A stretch of 20,000 nt of DNA, from positions 738,896-758,895 of the forward strand of contig NZ_JABEMC010000001.1 of the NCBI RefSeq assembly GCF_013004595.1, in the 5' to 3' direction. Source of the stretch: Brevibacterium luteolum. Lineage in GTDB: Bacteria > Actinomycetota > Actinomycetes > Actinomycetales > Brevibacteriaceae. The notes below the pieces were generated by a model. The model was not told where the DNA came from. It worked only from the letters and a program-made list of their open reading frames with translations, and did no database searches. Made by a program: the position numbers and the translations under genes. Positions 8,222 through 19,759 of the stretch are shown in pieces; positions within the stretch are counted from its first letter, which is position 1; each line of letters opens with the position of its first letter.

Positions 8222-9459
8222 GCTGGCAGGACGACTACGCCCAGACGATGCTGCCGGTCTTCGGCACACCGAAGGCCAAGCTCGTGAGCGCTCATGGCTG
8301 CACTGTCACCGACGATGCAGGCAAGGACTACCTCGACCTGCTCGGCGGCATCGCCGTCAACACGCTTGGCCACGGCCACCCGGCCATCACCGAGGCGGTG
8401 ACCGGCCAGCTGTCGACGATCGACCACGTCTCGAACTTCTTCACCACCGACCCCCAGCTGAACCTGGCGTCGAAGCTGCTGGAGATCGCCGGAGCACCGG
8501 CAGGCTCCCAGGTGTTCTTCGCCAACTCCGGCACCGAAGCCAATGAAGCGGCCATCAAACTGGCCCGCCGGGTGGGCGCGCCTGATGCCGGCAGCCCGGG
8601 CCGGTCGAAGATCATCGCCGTTGACGGGGCCTTCCACGGCCGGACCATCGGCGCCCTGTCGCTGACGGCCAAGGAAGTCTACCGCGCGCCCTTCGCCCCA
8701 CTCATGCCGGAGGTCGCCCATGTGCCCTTCGGCGACATCGAGGCAGTGCGAGCCGCGGTCGATGAGACGGTCGCCGCGGTCATCATCGAACCGATCCAGG
8801 GAGAGCGCGGCGTGCGCCTGCACCCGGACGGTTATCTCACAGCGGTGCGCGAGGCGACGAGCGCTGCCGGGGCGCTCATGATTCTCGATGAGGTGCAGAC
8901 CGGCATCGGCCGCACCGGCCACTGGTTCGCTTTCCAGCACCCGGAGATCGGCGAGGGCATCATGCCCGATGCGATCACCGTGGCCAAGGGACTGGCCGGC
9001 GGCATCCCGATCGGCGGGCTCATCACCATCGGTGAGAAGGTCAGCGCACTGCTCGGTACCGGCCAGCACGGCACCACCTTCGGGGGCAACCCCGTCAGCG
9101 CCGCCGCCGCACTCGCCGTGCTCGACACCATCGAGACAGACGGCCTTCTCGCCCATGTCCGCGAGACCGGCGACTGGCTGGCCGAACAGCTCACTGCAGT
9201 CCCCGGTGTCACCGGGGCGCGCGGGGCAGGGCTGCTGCGCTCCTTCGCCATCACCGACCCGCAGCAGGCAGACGCCGGCGAGTTACCGGTCGCCGGAGCA
9301 CTTGCGGCAGCCGCGCAGGAGGCCGGTTTCATCATCAACCCGGTCACCCCCGACCGGATCCGCCTGGCACCCCCGCTCATCATCACTCCCGCACAGCTGC
9401 AGGACTTCCTCGACGCCCTGCCAGCACTCATCGCCGAGACCGTGAAGGCACAGTCATGA
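8218..9459 (+). CDS. argD: Acetylornithine aminotransferase
   Basis: Class-III PLP motifs [45 protein letters not shown] overlap with argB. Confidence 0.96.
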   Translation: MSWQDDYAQTMLPVFGTPKAKLVSAHGCTVTDDAGKDYLDLLGGIAVNTLGHGHPAITEAVTGQLSTIDHVSNFFTTDPQLNLASKLLEIAGAPAGSQVFFANSGTEANEAAIKLARRVGAPDAGSPGRSKIIAVDGAFHGRTIGALSLTAKEVYRAPFAPLMPEVAHVPFGDIEAVRAAVDETVAAVIIEPIQGERGVRLHPDGYLTAVREATSAAGALMILDEVQTGIGRTGHWFAFQHPEIGEGIMPDAITVAKGLAGGIPIGGLITIGEKVSALLGTGQHGTTFGGNPVSAAAALAVLDTIETDGLLAHVRETGDWLAEQLTAVPGVTGARGAGLLRSFAITDPQQADAGELPVAGALAAAAQEAGFIINPVTPDRIRLAPPLIITPAQLQDFLDALPALIAETVKAQS

Positions 9460-10424
9460 CCCGACACTTCCTCACCGACACCGACCTCAGCCCCACCGAA
9501 CTGCTCGAGGTCCTCGACCTGGCAGCCGAACTCAAAGCCGATCCCGGCACCCAGGTGCCCTTCGCAGGCCCGGGAACCGCCGCCTCGGGCGCGGCTCGCA
9601 AGACCGTGGCGGTCATCTTCGACAAGACCTCCACCCGCACCCGCGTGTCGTTCGCCGCAGGCATCGCCGCACTCGGCGGCAGCCCGCTCATCATCAACCC
9701 CGGCGAGGCGCAGCTCGGGCACAAGGAGTCGATCGCCGACACCGCACAGGTGATGTCGCGGATGGTCTCGATGATCGTCTGGCGCACCTACGCGCAAGCC
9801 GGTCTCGAAGAGATGGCCGCGAACTCCTCAGTGCCGGTCATCAACGCCCTGTCCGATGACTACCACCCGTGCCAGCTGCTCGCCGACCTGCTCACCATCC
9901 ACGAACACCGACCCACCGAGGCACCCGGGGGACTGGCCGGCACGACGCTTGCCTATTTCGGCGACGGGGCGAACAACATGGCCAACTCCTACCTGCTCGC
10001 CGGCGCCAACGCCGGCATGCACGTGCGCATCGCAGCACCGGACAGCCATCAGCCGGCCGCCGCGATCGTCGAACGCGCCACCGCGCTGGCCGCTGAGACC
10101 GGCGGGTCGATCGAGATCACCGATGACGCTAAGGCGGCGGCCACCGGCGCCGATGTGCTCGTGACCGACACCTGGGTGTCGATGGGCCAGGACGCCGAGG
10201 GCCGCGACGGCGCCGACTCGCCGTTCTTGCCCTACCAGGTCAACGCCGCACTCCTCGATGTCGCAGCTGAGGGCGCACTCGTCATGCACTGCCTGCCGGC
10301 CCACCGCGGCCAGGAGATCACCGCCGAGGTCATCGACGGGCCGCAGTCGGTCGTCTTCGACGAGGCCGAGAACCGGCTGCACGCCCAGATGGGGCTGATG
10401 GCCTGGCTGGAGGCACGCGCATGA
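9456..10424 (+). CDS. argF: Ornithine carbamoyltransferase
   Basis: STRTR, HPCQ, TDTWVSMG, HCLPAHRG, EAENRLH. ATGA overlap with argD. Confidence 0.97.
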   Translation: MTRHFLTDTDLSPTELLEVLDLAAELKADPGTQVPFAGPGTAASGAARKTVAVIFDKTSTRTRVSFAAGIAALGGSPLIINPGEAQLGHKESIADTAQVMSRMVSMIVWRTYAQAGLEEMAANSSVPVINALSDDYHPCQLLADLLTIHEHRPTEAPGGLAGTTLAYFGDGANNMANSYLLAGANAGMHVRIAAPDSHQPAAAIVERATALAAETGGSIEITDDAKAAATGADVLVTDTWVSMGQDAEGRDGADSPFLPYQVNAALLDVAAEGALVMHCLPAHRGQEITAEVIDGPQSVVFDEAENRLHAQMGLMAWLEARA

Positions 10425-10927
10425 GCGAACAGCTGACCCCGACGACCAAGGCCGCCCGCCAGCAGCTCATCATCGAGCTCATCCGCACGGAGACGATCCG
10501 CTCGCAGACCGAGCTTGCCGGGCTGCTGACCGGCCGCGGCTTCTCCGTCACCCAGGCGACCCTGTCACGCGATCTCGTCGATCTCGGCGCGGTCAAGGTG
10601 CGCACCGCCAAGGGCTCCGTCTACGCGGTGCCCGGCGAGGGAGGGGACCGAAGCCTGCAGTCCGCGCAGGCCACCGACCTGCTCGATGCGAAGCTGCAGC
10701 GACTGCTCGAAGAGCTGCTCGTGACCGCCACCAGCTCCGGCCAGTTCGTCGTGCTGCGCACCCCGCCTGGGGCCGCCCAGTACCTGGCCTCAGCGCTCGA
10801 CCGATCCGTCATCCCCGAGGTGCTCGGCACGATCGCCGGCGACGACACCGTCCTCGTCATCGCCGCCGAGTCCACCAGCGGGGAGGCCCTGGCCGAGAAG
10901 CTGCACGAGCTGGCCGGCGACGCATAA
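10421..10927 (+). CDS. argR: Arginine repressor
   Basis: Winged-HTH VTQATLSRDL and arginine-binding GTIAGDDT. ATGA overlap with argF. Confidence 0.97.
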   Translation: MSEQLTPTTKAARQQLIIELIRTETIRSQTELAGLLTGRGFSVTQATLSRDLVDLGAVKVRTAKGSVYAVPGEGGDRSLQSAQATDLLDAKLQRLLEELLVTATSSGQFVVLRTPPGAAQYLASALDRSVIPEVLGTIAGDDTVLVIAAESTSGEALAEKLHELAGDA

Positions 10928-10937
10928 CCCAGACCTG

Positions 10938-10973
10938 AGGGCCCGCCGGGTACACGTGCACGCGGCGGACCCT
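10938..10973 (+). terminator. Stem-loop between argR and argG; possible terminator or processing site
   Basis: AGGG-C-CCGCCG (10938-10948) pairs with CGGCGG-A-CCCT (10963-10973), one mismatch, 14-nt loop. No U-tract. Confidence 0.45.
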
Positions 10974-11020
10974 GAACCATATTCTGAACAGTAACGACCT
11001 TTCCGAAAAGGAGTCCCGAC

Positions 11021-13683
<2,663 letters not shown>

Positions 13684-13695
13684 GCCCAGCGCACC

Positions 13696-13752
13696 ACGAC
13701 GGATCGCCCGCCGCTTCGCCCACACCTCGGGCGAGACGGCGGGCGTCGTCGT
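13696..13752 (+). terminator. Long interrupted hairpin after argH; probable end of the arg transcript
   Basis: ACGACG..CGCCCGCCG..TCGCCC-(7-nt loop)-GGGCGA..CGGCGGGCG.CGTCGT, about 21 paired bases, starting 12 nt after the stop. Confidence 0.7.
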
Positions 13753-13838
13753 CCCGACGCCTACGCACCGGCATGTGCTTTACTTCAGTTGCGGGCCGCA
13801 CCGGCCCAGCAGGCACAGAACCCGAAGGCAGGTGAGCG

Positions 13839-16022
13839 GTGAGCCGGATCCTCATCATCGACCACGACGACTCCTTCACCTACAATCTCGTCGACCTCAT
13901 CGCCACCCTCACCGGCACCACACCCGATGTCATCTCCCACCGCAGCGATCCGGCCGCCCTCGATGACCTCACCAACTACGACGCCGTCGTCATCTCACCG
14001 GGTCCCGGCACCCCGGAGAACACCTTCGACATCGGCATCAGCACTCAAGTGCTGGCTGAGGTGCCGATCCCGCTGCTCGGTGTCTGCCTCGGCCACGAAG
14101 CCCTCGCGCTCGCCCACGGTGGTGCGATCGGCCCGGCCACAGAACCCCGCCACGGCCGCATCTCAACGCTCGAGCACACGTCCACCGGTCTCTTCGCAGG
14201 CGTGCCCGCCGACACCGAGGTGGTCCGCTACCACTCCCTGGCCGTCACCGACCCGGGCCCGCGCCTGAACGTCACCGCCCGCGCCGAAGACGCGACCATC
14301 ATGGGTTTGGCGCACCGCAGCAAACCGGCCTGGAGCGTGCAGTTCCATCCCGAATCCATCGCCACCGCCGCCGGCCGGCAGATGCTTGCGAACTTTCTCT
14401 CCCTCGCCTCGGACTGGAACGCCACGCACCGGCCCGCACACGATTCGGATCGCGCTGCGGATCCCTTGCCGTCACCTGAGCGCGCAGCGGTTTTCGGGGC
14501 ATTGACCGGCCTGGCGACACACGATTCCGGTGTGCCGGTCGCCGGCGTGCTCGCCGCGACGCCTGGTCTGCGCCTGGCCCATCAGACACATCCTCTGACC
14601 GTGCAGCCTGAGGCCGTCTTCTCAGGTTTCTTCGCCTCCAGCACGTATGCCTTCTGGCTCGACAGCCGCGACCCGGCCCACCCCGATGGGCGCTTCAGCA
14701 TCCTCGGTGACGCGTCCGGGCCGTTGGCACACCGGGTCACCGCAGATGTCACCGCGGGGACGCTGACCGTCTTCGGAGGGTCAGGGGAGCAGACGGTCGA
14801 GTCCGGGATCTTCGACTGGCTGACCGGTGAAGAAGCCGGGATGCAGGCGATCCGCAGCACCGTGGACCTGCCGGAGACCGGCTGCGGATTCGCCCTCGGC
14901 TGGATCGGCAGCCTCGGCTATGAGCTCAAGGCCGAATGCGGCGCCAGTGCCGCCCACCCTTCACCGCTGCCGGATGCGCAGCTCATCTTCGCCGACCGCG
15001 CGCTCATCATCGACCACCACACCGGCACCGCCCACCTGCTCGCACTCACGACACCCGAACACGAAGCCAGCACCGAGGACTGGTTCGCTGCCGCGGCCCG
15101 CGCGCTCACCACCTCGGACCCGGTGCCACCAGCCAGCGCTCCACCAACGACCGGCGAGCTGACGCTGCGCCACGACCGGGCCGAATACGAGCGGCTCATC
15201 GACCGGTGTCATGAGCACATCTGGGCAGGGGAGAGCTACGAGATCTGCCTGACCAACGAGATCACCGGTGCGGCCCGACTGCCGATCGTCGACACCTACC
15301 GGCGGCTGCGCTCGGCCAGCCGCAGCCCGCGTGCCGCGCTGCTGCGCTTCGGGGAGACCGGGGTGCTCTCGACCTCTCCCGAACGGTTCCTTGCGATCAC
15401 CGCAGACCGGCAGGCGATATCGAAGCCGATCAAGGGCACCCGGCCGCGGGCAGCGGACCCGCAGACTGATGCGCGGTTGCGCGCTGAGCTGCAGGCGTGT
15501 GAGAAGGAGCGGGCGGAGAATCTCATGATCGTCGACCTGGCCCGCCACGATCTGGCGCACACCGCGGTGCCCGGCAGCATCGAGGTTCCGCAGTTCTTAG
15601 AGGTCGAAAGCTACGCCACCGTCCATCAGCTCGTCAGCACTGTGCGCTCCCAGCTGGCCGATGACGCCAGCGTCGTGGACTGCCTGCGCGCCTGCTTCCC
15701 CGGTGGGTCGATGACCGGGGCGCCGAAGCTGCGGACGATGGAGATCATCGACGACCTCGAAGCCGGACCGCGCGGCATCTACTCCGGGGCGCTCGGCTAC
15801 TTCTCGCTGTCTGGGGCACTCGACCTGTCGATGGTCATCCGTACGCTTGTCATTACTGCCAAGGGGTTCAGCTACGGAGTCGGCGGTGCGATCACCGCCC
15901 TGTCGGACCCGGCAGCCGAGTTCGAAGAGACTGCGGTCAAAGCCGAACCGCTGCTGCGACTGCTCGGGGCGGAGTTCCCGGGACGGGATGCGGACCCCGC
16001 CCCGTCTGGCCTGCGCGTCTGA
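13839..16022 (+). CDS. pabAB: Fused aminodeoxychorismate synthase (glutamine amidotransferase PabA plus chorismate-binding PabB)
   Basis: N-terminal GATase DSFTYNL, SPGPG, GVCLGHE (Cys), QFHPES (His/Glu). C-terminal GESYEICL, SPERF, PIKGT (PabB-type Lys; TrpE has PIAGT), AENLMIVDL, FPGGSMTGAPK. Confidence 0.92.
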   Translation: MSRILIIDHDDSFTYNLVDLIATLTGTTPDVISHRSDPAALDDLTNYDAVVISPGPGTPENTFDIGISTQVLAEVPIPLLGVCLGHEALALAHGGAIGPATEPRHGRISTLEHTSTGLFAGVPADTEVVRYHSLAVTDPGPRLNVTARAEDATIMGLAHRSKPAWSVQFHPESIATAAGRQMLANFLSLASDWNATHRPAHDSDRAADPLPSPERAAVFGALTGLATHDSGVPVAGVLAATPGLRLAHQTHPLTVQPEAVFSGFFASSTYAFWLDSRDPAHPDGRFSILGDASGPLAHRVTADVTAGTLTVFGGSGEQTVESGIFDWLTGEEAGMQAIRSTVDLPETGCGFALGWIGSLGYELKAECGASAAHPSPLPDAQLIFADRALIIDHHTGTAHLLALTTPEHEASTEDWFAAAARALTTSDPVPPASAPPTTGELTLRHDRAEYERLIDRCHEHIWAGESYEICLTNEITGAARLPIVDTYRRLRSASRSPRAALLRFGETGVLSTSPERFLAITADRQAISKPIKGTRPRAADPQTDARLRAELQACEKERAENLMIVDLARHDLAHTAVPGSIEVPQFLEVESYATVHQLVSTVRSQLADDASVVDCLRACFPGGSMTGAPKLRTMEIIDDLEAGPRGIYSGALGYFSLSGALDLSMVIRTLVITAKGFSYGVGGAITALSDPAAEFEETAVKAEPLLRLLGAEFPGRDADPAPSGLRV

Positions 16023-16023
16023 G

Positions 16024-16069
16024 TAAGATATGCATTGTGGTGCTGCCGGGAAGAATCCGCCCGGCACCA
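16024..16069 (+). promoter_or_regulatory. Putative tyrS -10 box and leader hairpin
   Basis: TAAGAT (TANNNT) at 16024-16029, then stem TGCCGGG (16044-16050) / CCCGGCA (16060-16066). Confidence 0.4.
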
Positions 16070-16126
16070 GCGCGGTGACGGCCACGGATTCCGGCGCCGC
16101 GCAGACCCGATGAGAAAAGGTGAATC

Positions 16127-17413
16127 GTGACTGATATCTTCCGTGAGCTGAAGGCCCGCGACCTGGTGGCGCTGTCCACCGATGAGGAGGCGCTGCAGCA
16201 GGCGCTCAACGCAGGTCCGGTCAGCTTCTATATCGGTTTCGATCCGACCGCGCCCAGCCTGCACATGGGCAACCTCGTCCAGTTGCTCTTCGCCCGGCGG
16301 CTGCAGCTGGCCGGCCACAATCCATACGCCCTTGTCGGCGGGGCCACCGGCCTCATCGGCGATCCGCGGATGTCCGGTGAGCGCACTCTGAACGAGCGCG
16401 ATGTCGTCGAGGGCTGGGTGGAGAAGATCCGCGCTCAGATCGAGCGCTTCCTCGACGTCGACGGCCCGCACGCGGCCCAGCTGGTCAACAACCTCGACTG
16501 GACCGGTGAGATCTCGACGATCGACTTCCTGCGCGATATCGGCAAGCACTTCTCGGTCAACCGGATGCTGGCGAAGGAGACCGTCGCCGCCCGCCTGCAG
16601 AGCGAACACGGAATCTCCTTCACCGAGTTCGCCTACCAGATCCTGCAGGGCAACGACTACCTCGAGCTCTACCGCCGCTACGGCATCACGCTGCAGCACG
16701 GCGGATCCGACCAATGGGGCAACCTCACCGCCGGTGCTGATCTCATCCGCCGCGTCGAGCGCACAAGCGTGCACGCCATGGCCACCCCGCTCATGACGAA
16801 GGCCGACGGCACCAAGTTCGGCAAGACCGAATCGGGCACCGTCTGGCTCGATCCCGAGCTCACCAGCCCGTACGCGTTCAGCCAGTTCTGGCTCAACGCC
16901 GATGACCGGGATGTCATGAAGTTCCTCAAGGTCTTCTCGTTCCGCTCTCTTGAGGAGCTCGAGCAGATCGGTGAGGAGTTCGCAGCCGCCCCGCACAAGC
17001 GGATCGCGCAGCGGGCCCTGGCCGAGGACGTCACGACTCTCGTCCACGGTGAGCAGACCACCCGTCAGGTCTTCGCCGCCGCCGAGGCGCTCTTCGGTTC
17101 CGGCGAACTGACAGCTCTCGACCCGGGAACCTTGGGATCGGCTACCGCCGAGCTGCCCGGCACCCAGGTGCCGGCCGCTGAGGTCTCGGCCGGGATGCCG
17201 GTCGCTGACGCCTTCGCCGCCTCGGGCATCGTCAAGTCCAAGGGCGAGGCGCGCCGTGCGATCAAGGACGGCGGCGCCTACGTCAACAATGTTAAGGTCA
17301 CCGACGGTGAGCAGACGATCACCACCGACGACGTCCTCGACGCCGGCGGCCACGGCGTCGTGCTGTTGCGCCGCGGCAAGAAGACCCTCGGCGCACTGTC
17401 CGTCACCCGCTGA
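16127..17413 (+). CDS. tyrS: Tyrosine--tRNA ligase
   Basis: YIGFDPTAPSLHMGN (HIGH), GGSDQWGN, KFGKT (KMSKS), C-terminal S4 domain SKGEARRAIKDGG...RRGKK. GTG start with AAGGTGA RBS. Confidence 0.98.
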   Translation: MTDIFRELKARDLVALSTDEEALQQALNAGPVSFYIGFDPTAPSLHMGNLVQLLFARRLQLAGHNPYALVGGATGLIGDPRMSGERTLNERDVVEGWVEKIRAQIERFLDVDGPHAAQLVNNLDWTGEISTIDFLRDIGKHFSVNRMLAKETVAARLQSEHGISFTEFAYQILQGNDYLELYRRYGITLQHGGSDQWGNLTAGADLIRRVERTSVHAMATPLMTKADGTKFGKTESGTVWLDPELTSPYAFSQFWLNADDRDVMKFLKVFSFRSLEELEQIGEEFAAAPHKRIAQRALAEDVTTLVHGEQTTRQVFAAAEALFGSGELTALDPGTLGSATAELPGTQVPAAEVSAGMPVADAFAASGIVKSKGEARRAIKDGGAYVNNVKVTDGEQTITTDDVLDAGGHGVVLLRRGKKTLGALSVTR

Positions 17414-17427
17414 CAGACCCAAACCGA

Positions 17428-17469
17428 CGAACAGGGCCGGAGTGCAGATCTGCACTCCGGCCCTATTCG
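17428..17469. terminator. Bidirectional terminator-like palindrome between convergent tyrS and TAXI genes
   Basis: 32-bp perfect palindrome AGGGCCGGAGTGCAGA|TCTGCACTCCGGCCCT (17433-17464), extended by CGAA/TTCG across one mismatch. Confidence 0.8.
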
Positions 17470-17483
17470 GCATTCACGCCGGC

Positions 17484-18488
17484 TCACTCGCCGGTGTCGA
17501 CGCCCTGTTCTTCGTAGTAGCGCTTGGCACCCGGGTGCAACGGCACATCACCGCGACCGAAGAGCGCATCCTCGAGCTTGATGAACCTCTTCTGCGCCAG
17601 CGAGATGTCCTCGGCGCGTTCGTAGATCGTCTTCGTGATCCCGTAGGCGTCGTCCTCGCTGACCTGGTTGAGCGAGGCAACGATGGAGGCGAAGACGGCG
17701 ACGGTGGTGATGTCGTCGTCGGCGAATCCGTACGAACCGCCGGGGATCGTGTAGGCCTCGTAGTGGTTGTCGGCCGAGATCTCCTTGGCCTTGTCCTCAT
17801 CGAGGGGGATGAGCCGGACATCGGCAGAGGCGTCGAGCTCACTCAGCGAGGCGGCGGGCACGCCGATGATCTCGATCGAGGCATCGACATGACCGTCCTG
17901 CAGCTTCGAACGCGCATCGGCGAAGCTCTCCTCGAACGGGGTGTAGTCACCCTCTCCGATTCCGTAGGCCTCGAAGAGCAGCCCGGCCACCGCCTTGTTC
18001 GCAGAGCCCGGTGCGCCGATGGCGATCCGCTTGCCCTTGAGATCTTCGAACTTCTCGATCCCGCTGTTGGCCAGGGTGATGACGTGGACAGCCTCAGGGT
18101 AGATCTGGCCGATGAAGCCGATGTTGTCGATGCCCTTGTCGAGATCACTGAACTCCGCAGTGGCATCCCTAGCGTCATTGGCGGTGTTCGTCTGAGAGAA
18201 CGCGAGCTGTGCTTCGCCCTTGGCGATCCGGCCGAGATTGTCGACAGAGCCATCGGTCTCCACGGCGACAACGCTGAGGCCGTCGACGTCTTCGGCGAAG
18301 AGCCGGCTGAACTCACTGCCGAGTGGATAGTAGACACCGGCTGTGCCGCCGGTGGCGAAGGTCAGGTCGCGAGTGGTCTCGTCCTCACCGGAACCTGAAC
18401 CGGAATCCGAGCCCTGACCGCAACCAGTCAGGACGAGAGCGAGGGCCGCTGCAGCGGCAGTGATGAGGCGGGTGGTCGGCAGGTGCAT
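17484..18488 (-). CDS. TAXI-family TRAP transporter solute-binding lipoprotein
   Basis: ATG 18488 with RBS AAGGAG (complement of 18494-18499). Lipobox LVLTG|C. TAXI motifs FATGGTAGVYYPLG, TDGSVDNL, YPEAVH, DLKGKRIAIGAPGS, VPLHPGAKRYYEE. Confidence 0.92.
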   Translation of the reverse strand: MHLPTTRLITAAAAALALVLTGCGQGSDSGSGSGEDETTRDLTFATGGTAGVYYPLGSEFSRLFAEDVDGLSVVAVETDGSVDNLGRIAKGEAQLAFSQTNTANDARDATAEFSDLDKGIDNIGFIGQIYPEAVHVITLANSGIEKFEDLKGKRIAIGAPGSANKAVAGLLFEAYGIGEGDYTPFEESFADARSKLQDGHVDASIEIIGVPAASLSELDASADVRLIPLDEDKAKEISADNHYEAYTIPGGSYGFADDDITTVAVFASIVASLNQVSEDDAYGITKTIYERAEDISLAQKRFIKLEDALFGRGDVPLHPGAKRYYEEQGVDTGE

Positions 18489-18524
18489 AGGTTCTCCTTT
18501 GAATCGCACATCCGGCGTAGAAGA

Positions 18525-18613
18525 ACACTAACCAGGCCGGGGTATCTGCGGGAAGAGCATGTCCGGGAGCTGGATGCGCCGGGACCCCCGCCATGGTCAG
18601 AGCGCGATAGTGT
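18525..18613. promoter_or_regulatory. Putative back-to-back promoters for the TAXI and CPBP genes
   Basis: TAGTGT (TANNNT) on the minus strand at 18525-18530 and on the plus strand at 18608-18613, each about 35 nt before its start codon. Confidence 0.35.
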
Positions 18614-18648
18614 GCTGAGGGACACAGTGATCGAGAACAGGAGAATCA

Positions 18649-19731
18649 GTGACGACTCCCCATCCTGCATCCCCGTCCCGTGCCGCTGCGGCAGGTCCGG
18701 CGTTCGGCTCCTGGCACGGCATCGTCATCTTCTGCCTTCTCGCCTACGGTCTCGCCTGGCTGTCCGTTCTCCCGCTGTGGCTGAACTACGACCTCTTCTT
18801 CGGCACCGGCAGCCCTGCCGGCCAGCTCATGAACGCCGATGCCGACAACCCGCCCACCGGTGAGGCCGTCATCGCCGCCATCGTGCCGATGCTGCTCATG
18901 TCGCTCATGATGTTCACTCCTGCGATCAGCGCGCTCGTCGTCATGCGGGTGGTCGAGAAGGTGCCCTTCCGGCAGACGTTCGCGGCCCTTGGCGCCGGAC
19001 CTCTGCGCAATCCCGACGGCAGTCCTGCCGGGCGCATCGGCCGTCTCCACCCTGCACTTCGGGTGCTGCTGTTCAGCGTGCTGGCGATCGGCATCGTCTT
19101 CCTCCTCACGGTTCTCGCCGGCCTGGTGGCGATGCTGCTCGGCGGTTTCGAACCGGACTGGCAGATGACAACGGCTCGCGAGCAGCTCGCAGCATCGGGT
19201 GTCGAGATGCCGATCGCGCTGTTCGCGCTGCTGCAGATCGTGCAGGTCGTCATCGTCGCCTTCGTGCCCAACGGGGTGCTCGGCTTGGGAGAGGAGCTGG
19301 GATGGCGCGGATACCTCACGGCAGCTCTCCGTCGCAGAGGTCTGCGAACCGTTGCGATGATCGTCGTTTCCGGTGCGATCTGGGGCGCCTGGCATGCACC
19401 CGTGCTGCTGCTCGGTCACAACTTCGAGACGCGTTCGCCGATCTCGATTCCGATCATGATGATCGGCTGCATCTGCGTGGGCGCAGTCTTCGTCTGGCTG
19501 CGGGAGACATCCGGTTCGATCTGGCCGGCTGCGATCGGTCATGGCGGCTTTAACGCCGCAGCAGGGATCAGCATCCTGGTCGCCGCCGGCGGGACGTGGT
19601 CGGACCCGATCATCGCGAACCCGCTGGGAGTCTCCGGCTGGATCGTCATCGGATTGGGCGCGCTGGGGCTGTTCCTCAGCACCCGCCGACAGAGCCGTCA
19701 CGGGGCCTTTGAGACCCGTTCTGCGGCTTGA
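18649..19731 (+). CDS. CPBP-family (Abi/CAAX type II) intramembrane glutamic endopeptidase
   Basis: Multi-pass membrane protein with EExxxR (GEELGWRGYL), WGAWH and HxxxN (HGGFN) motifs. RBS AGGAG before GTG. Confidence 0.9.
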   Translation: MTTPHPASPSRAAAAGPAFGSWHGIVIFCLLAYGLAWLSVLPLWLNYDLFFGTGSPAGQLMNADADNPPTGEAVIAAIVPMLLMSLMMFTPAISALVVMRVVEKVPFRQTFAALGAGPLRNPDGSPAGRIGRLHPALRVLLFSVLAIGIVFLLTVLAGLVAMLLGGFEPDWQMTTAREQLAASGVEMPIALFALLQIVQVVIVAFVPNGVLGLGEELGWRGYLTAALRRRGLRTVAMIVVSGAIWGAWHAPVLLLGHNFETRSPISIPIMMIGCICVGAVFVWLRETSGSIWPAAIGHGGFNAAAGISILVAAGGTWSDPIIANPLGVSGWIVIGLGALGLFLSTRRQSRHGAFETRSAA

Positions 19732-19759
19732 AATCAGCGGTGAGCCAGAACACACCGCA

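Noticed and set aside
13753..13838. Possible folate-related riboswitch (THF or ZTP) upstream of pabAB
   Set aside because: Only a small GGGCCG/CGGCCC stem is present and I cannot see the conserved aptamer sequences. An Rfam cmscan would be decisive.
13839..16022. Anthranilate synthase (TrpEG) or a phenazine/aminophenylalanine cluster
   Set aside because: PIKGT and the N-terminal GATase indicate ADC synthase, and no other pathway genes are adjacent.
16031..16044. ARG-box-like TGCATTGTGGTGCT upstream of tyrS
   Set aside because: Single degenerate site with a GC-rich centre and no tandem partner at 20 bp.
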